A stretch of 64,000 nucleotides of DNA, taken from NCBI GenBank assembly GCA_949358305.1, contig OX442314.1, positions 15,438,001 through 15,502,000 on the forward strand. Reading direction: 5' to 3'. This document shows positions 60,801 to 64,000 of this stretch, piece by piece (the first letter of the stretch is position 1; every line of letters begins with the position of its first letter). Made by a program: the position numbers and the translations under genes. Origin of the DNA: Strigamia acuminata. Lineage: Eukaryota. The notes under the pieces were generated by a model. The model had not been told where the DNA came from. It made no database searches and saw only the letters and a program-made list of their open reading frames with translations.

Positions 60801-63800
60801 GATATAGATAATTCTGCAAAATGCAAAAATTCTTTATTTTACTGGCGATGCATTAATCTTTAAGTAGTTTTTAAAATCCAATATGAAAAACCAAACACCA
60901 AAGTTTAATAAACATCAATTTGATTTTAAAATTTAAATTAATATTTTTTCCAGCGCATTGAGCGTTCATTCAAATGAATTGCCCTCATTTGCATTAGTTT
61001 GTGGCATCCTGAAATTCACCTTGCATGAAATAAACAAATATTTTATTCTATTTATTTCCATAATTTTTTTGGCATGTGTAATTAGTGATAAGAACTTGTT
61101 TCCATGGCAACTGAGTGCATGCTTTTAGCAGGATGTAACTGAGCCACTTCCTTCGGGAGAAACTTTCCCCAGAGCAGAAATTGAGATTAAAATGCAAAAA
61201 TCCCTTTCATATTGTAAACAATCTTTGCCATTATTCTCTTAACAACAAACAAAAAATATAGAATTGGTCGATAGTGAGTGGATTTGTAGTATCATATTCG
61301 TTATCAACAATTTCATTTTACTATTCTTTCTTTCTTTCTTTTTATTTATTTAATATTTAATTTAATTTTAATTTTACTAACAACTTTTGCTAATTTTAGG
61401 CCTTTTTATTAGGTTTAGCATATCAATCGCACTAACCTGGATCCGAGAATAAATAGAAGTGATTAGAGTTAATTCCAAGAGCACAGGTTGAGACAAATGC
61501 TCTAGAAAAATCCAATATTCAAGGAACATTGTGATGGGAAGACCTCGTTCATTAAATATTGCTGAACACAGCCTCGAGGTTTCCCTAAACCCAAAGCTTC
61601 TGCTTTAAAATTGTACTTGGAATAGTCATTATCTTGTCTCCAAAGACACGATCCCATAAAACCACTATCCACATGCTCATGCCCCAATCATTGCCAACAA
61701 GGCAAATGCATCGACTTTACTCATAAAACCATGGTATATGTATGCGAAACTCTTGCTTTTTACATCATTTCGTCTTCAACACACACCAGCTTCATAACGT
61801 TAAGACGAGCACCACAAACTTCACTAAAACGACATTACCGACAAGTCCCAGTGGCTCCAATGGTCACAACAAAGAAAGCTGCTCCTTGTAAAGCGCCAAT
61901 GACAAGAAGATACCCTGCTCAGATTAAGGATTCTTCTGGAAGGGAGAAAAACCGGCGCCTACAGTGCAACGACATTTAGAAGGATTAGAGCCGACCATCC
62001 CCAACTTGTATCCATGGCAACTGAAATTAATTCTTCGTCTCTCCTCACAGTGTAAAAAAAAACCATTGACAATCTGACAAAAGATTTAAAAAAGAAGAAA
62101 AAAAATGAAGAGACCAGACTTGACAAACCTACAATTGCAAAGTTGAACTCATCTTTTACTCGACCAACATTAATGCATTTCACTTTTGTTTCTTGTCACT
62201 TTAAGCCAACTTAACTCTGTAAATGGATAAATGGATGACTTTAAAAACCTGCTATAAAATGGCATAAAAAGAGCCAAGCTACAATTTCAATCTGCCCAAT
62301 AGGTTTTAAGATAGTTATCCAACGTTTTCTTTACGAGTTGAAGACTCCTCAAGTTCAGAAGTTAATGCACTGCTCAGTGGATCGCTCGCAGGTGATTACT
62401 GGGTATAGTGAGATGAAGTAACGCTCAAATGGGCTTTTATTGGAAAGTTCAAAGAATGTATGGAACCAATCATTTTTCTTGTGCCACTCCTTTGTCTACT
62501 TATCGATCACCATATGTTGGAGAAACATATTCAAAATGGAGATCCAGTTTTTCCCATCATTCATGAGGCAACAAGACATGTTTTCCAATAGAATTTAAAA
62601 AATGCCATATCTTTTGTTTTAACTCGTAAAAAATTAGACTCACTTATAAAAACGAGAGGTGATTGTCGATTATTTTTGATAGGAATGGAGTAAAAAAAAT
62701 TTATGCCCAATATGTCTACCTTTTAACTTTTATCTTTCTTTGCCAGGCTCTTAAACATGTCAAACTTTAATAGCCTTAGACCTAACAATTTTTCAAGTTG
62801 AAATAAATTTACTGCAGTTCTTAGTAAACACTAAGAAAAAGGTAAAAAAAAAAAAAATTACATAAAAATTTTTTCCTTTCTTTTTTAAAGTACAGAAATT
62901 TTTTTTGTAGAAAAACTTCTTTCTTCTATTCCTTTTTTTTTCTTTTTCTTTATTCATTATTTTAGAGCATGCTCGGATGATCATGTGTCAATTTCCATTA
63001 TCTAACAAACAACGAGTAAAATTGTAAACGGAAAAAAAAAATAATGAACTGAAAAATAAAAATAAAATAAATAAAAAATGATCAATAAATGGTACAATTC
63101 TAAATTAATGTACCAGTAATCTTTTGTAAAAGAGTGAAATCAATACCACTTCATAGTTATGTCTATTGAATAAAGAATAAAAAAATATTTCAATCTTTAG
63201 TTATTAAACTTAAAGAGGAAAAAAAAATAAATAGAAAAAAAGTTCATATTTTCTCAGTAAATAAACCAAGAAAAGAAATGTAAAAAATGTTTGCATTAAT
63301 TAAAATTTTCCCATTTTTTCTCATCAACAAGTTGAAAGTTCAAAATCTAATTAAAAACTTTTTTTAAAAAAAGAGAAGAAACCTCAGTGCTTACTTAGTA
63401 AGCAATAATCAGCAAGTTCCAAATAAGCAAATGATAAAACGTCTGAAACTAAAAGCACAGCAGTCAAGCACAACGATTAGAGCAAATCTTCGTAGGTTTT
63501 GAGACGAGACTTGCAATGAATACGATCCCGCACTCGCATTAAAGATGAATCCAAATTTACATTTTCAATCTAAAATTAACGCTATATCAATAGAGATACA
63601 GTTATTACGCTCACTGAATAAAATCAAACACACAATCTAATCTCGAGTTGCTTAACTCCACTATAGCTATTTACATTCTAGAGTGGACCGAGTCCGTTTC
63701 CATTGCACCATAAACAAACACAACACGAACTGCAAACATCAAGTCGTGTATTAGATGAAAAGAAAAAGAGTTTGAGATAAATGTAAGGCAAGTCATTGAA

Positions 63801-64000
63801 TGATTTCAATGCAAATAAGAGCTTTTCGCACGATACGCATACTGTGGCCTAACATTTAACCCCTACCGGGCACTTAAGCCGTCTTATCGCTCGGCACAGC
63901 TTTATGTGTTTGCTCGACGTCCAGGCTCCTTCCACACAAAGACTTTACAGTCCTTGAAAATGGCAAAGAAAGCACACAACATTTTTTCTAAACTTTTACA

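Noticed and set aside
38000..64000. Numerous 60-130 aa ORFs in the right-hand part of the window
   Set aside because: Low-complexity, poly-A/T-driven translations without recognisable domains; the only exception is 53836-54295.

Overview
This is AT-rich eukaryotic DNA with many ~60-nt spliceosomal introns. It is an arthropod, and the Dscam architecture suggests a myriapod or chelicerate (inference). From left to right the window holds a compact gene cluster: CDIN1/C15orf41 (-, 9 exons) head-to-head with an ETAA1-like gene (+, 6 exons), then Tom20 (-, 5 exons) head-to-head with an intronless, diverged HDAC1/Rpd3 copy (+, probable retrogene). Next comes a full-length, non-hypervariable Dscam (-, 34 coding exons mapped at 13611-37909; 10 Ig, 6 FNIII, TM and cytoplasmic tail; signal-peptide exon not located). 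The Dscam Ig5/Ig6 intron carries an intact BEL/Pao LTR retrotransposon with apparently identical LTRs, a tRNA-Phe PBS, a 5-bp TSD and non-canonical termini. The same intron holds a 1-kb near-perfect palindromic element whose arms each contain an inward-facing tRNA-Ser-derived Pol III unit. Upstream, a second foldback element (52750-56572) is interrupted by a 2.25-kb P-superfamily-like element with an 8-bp TSD. That element carries a small spliced ORF joining a P-transposase-like C-terminal segment to a SAP domain. All homology calls are from recognised motifs; no database search was run.
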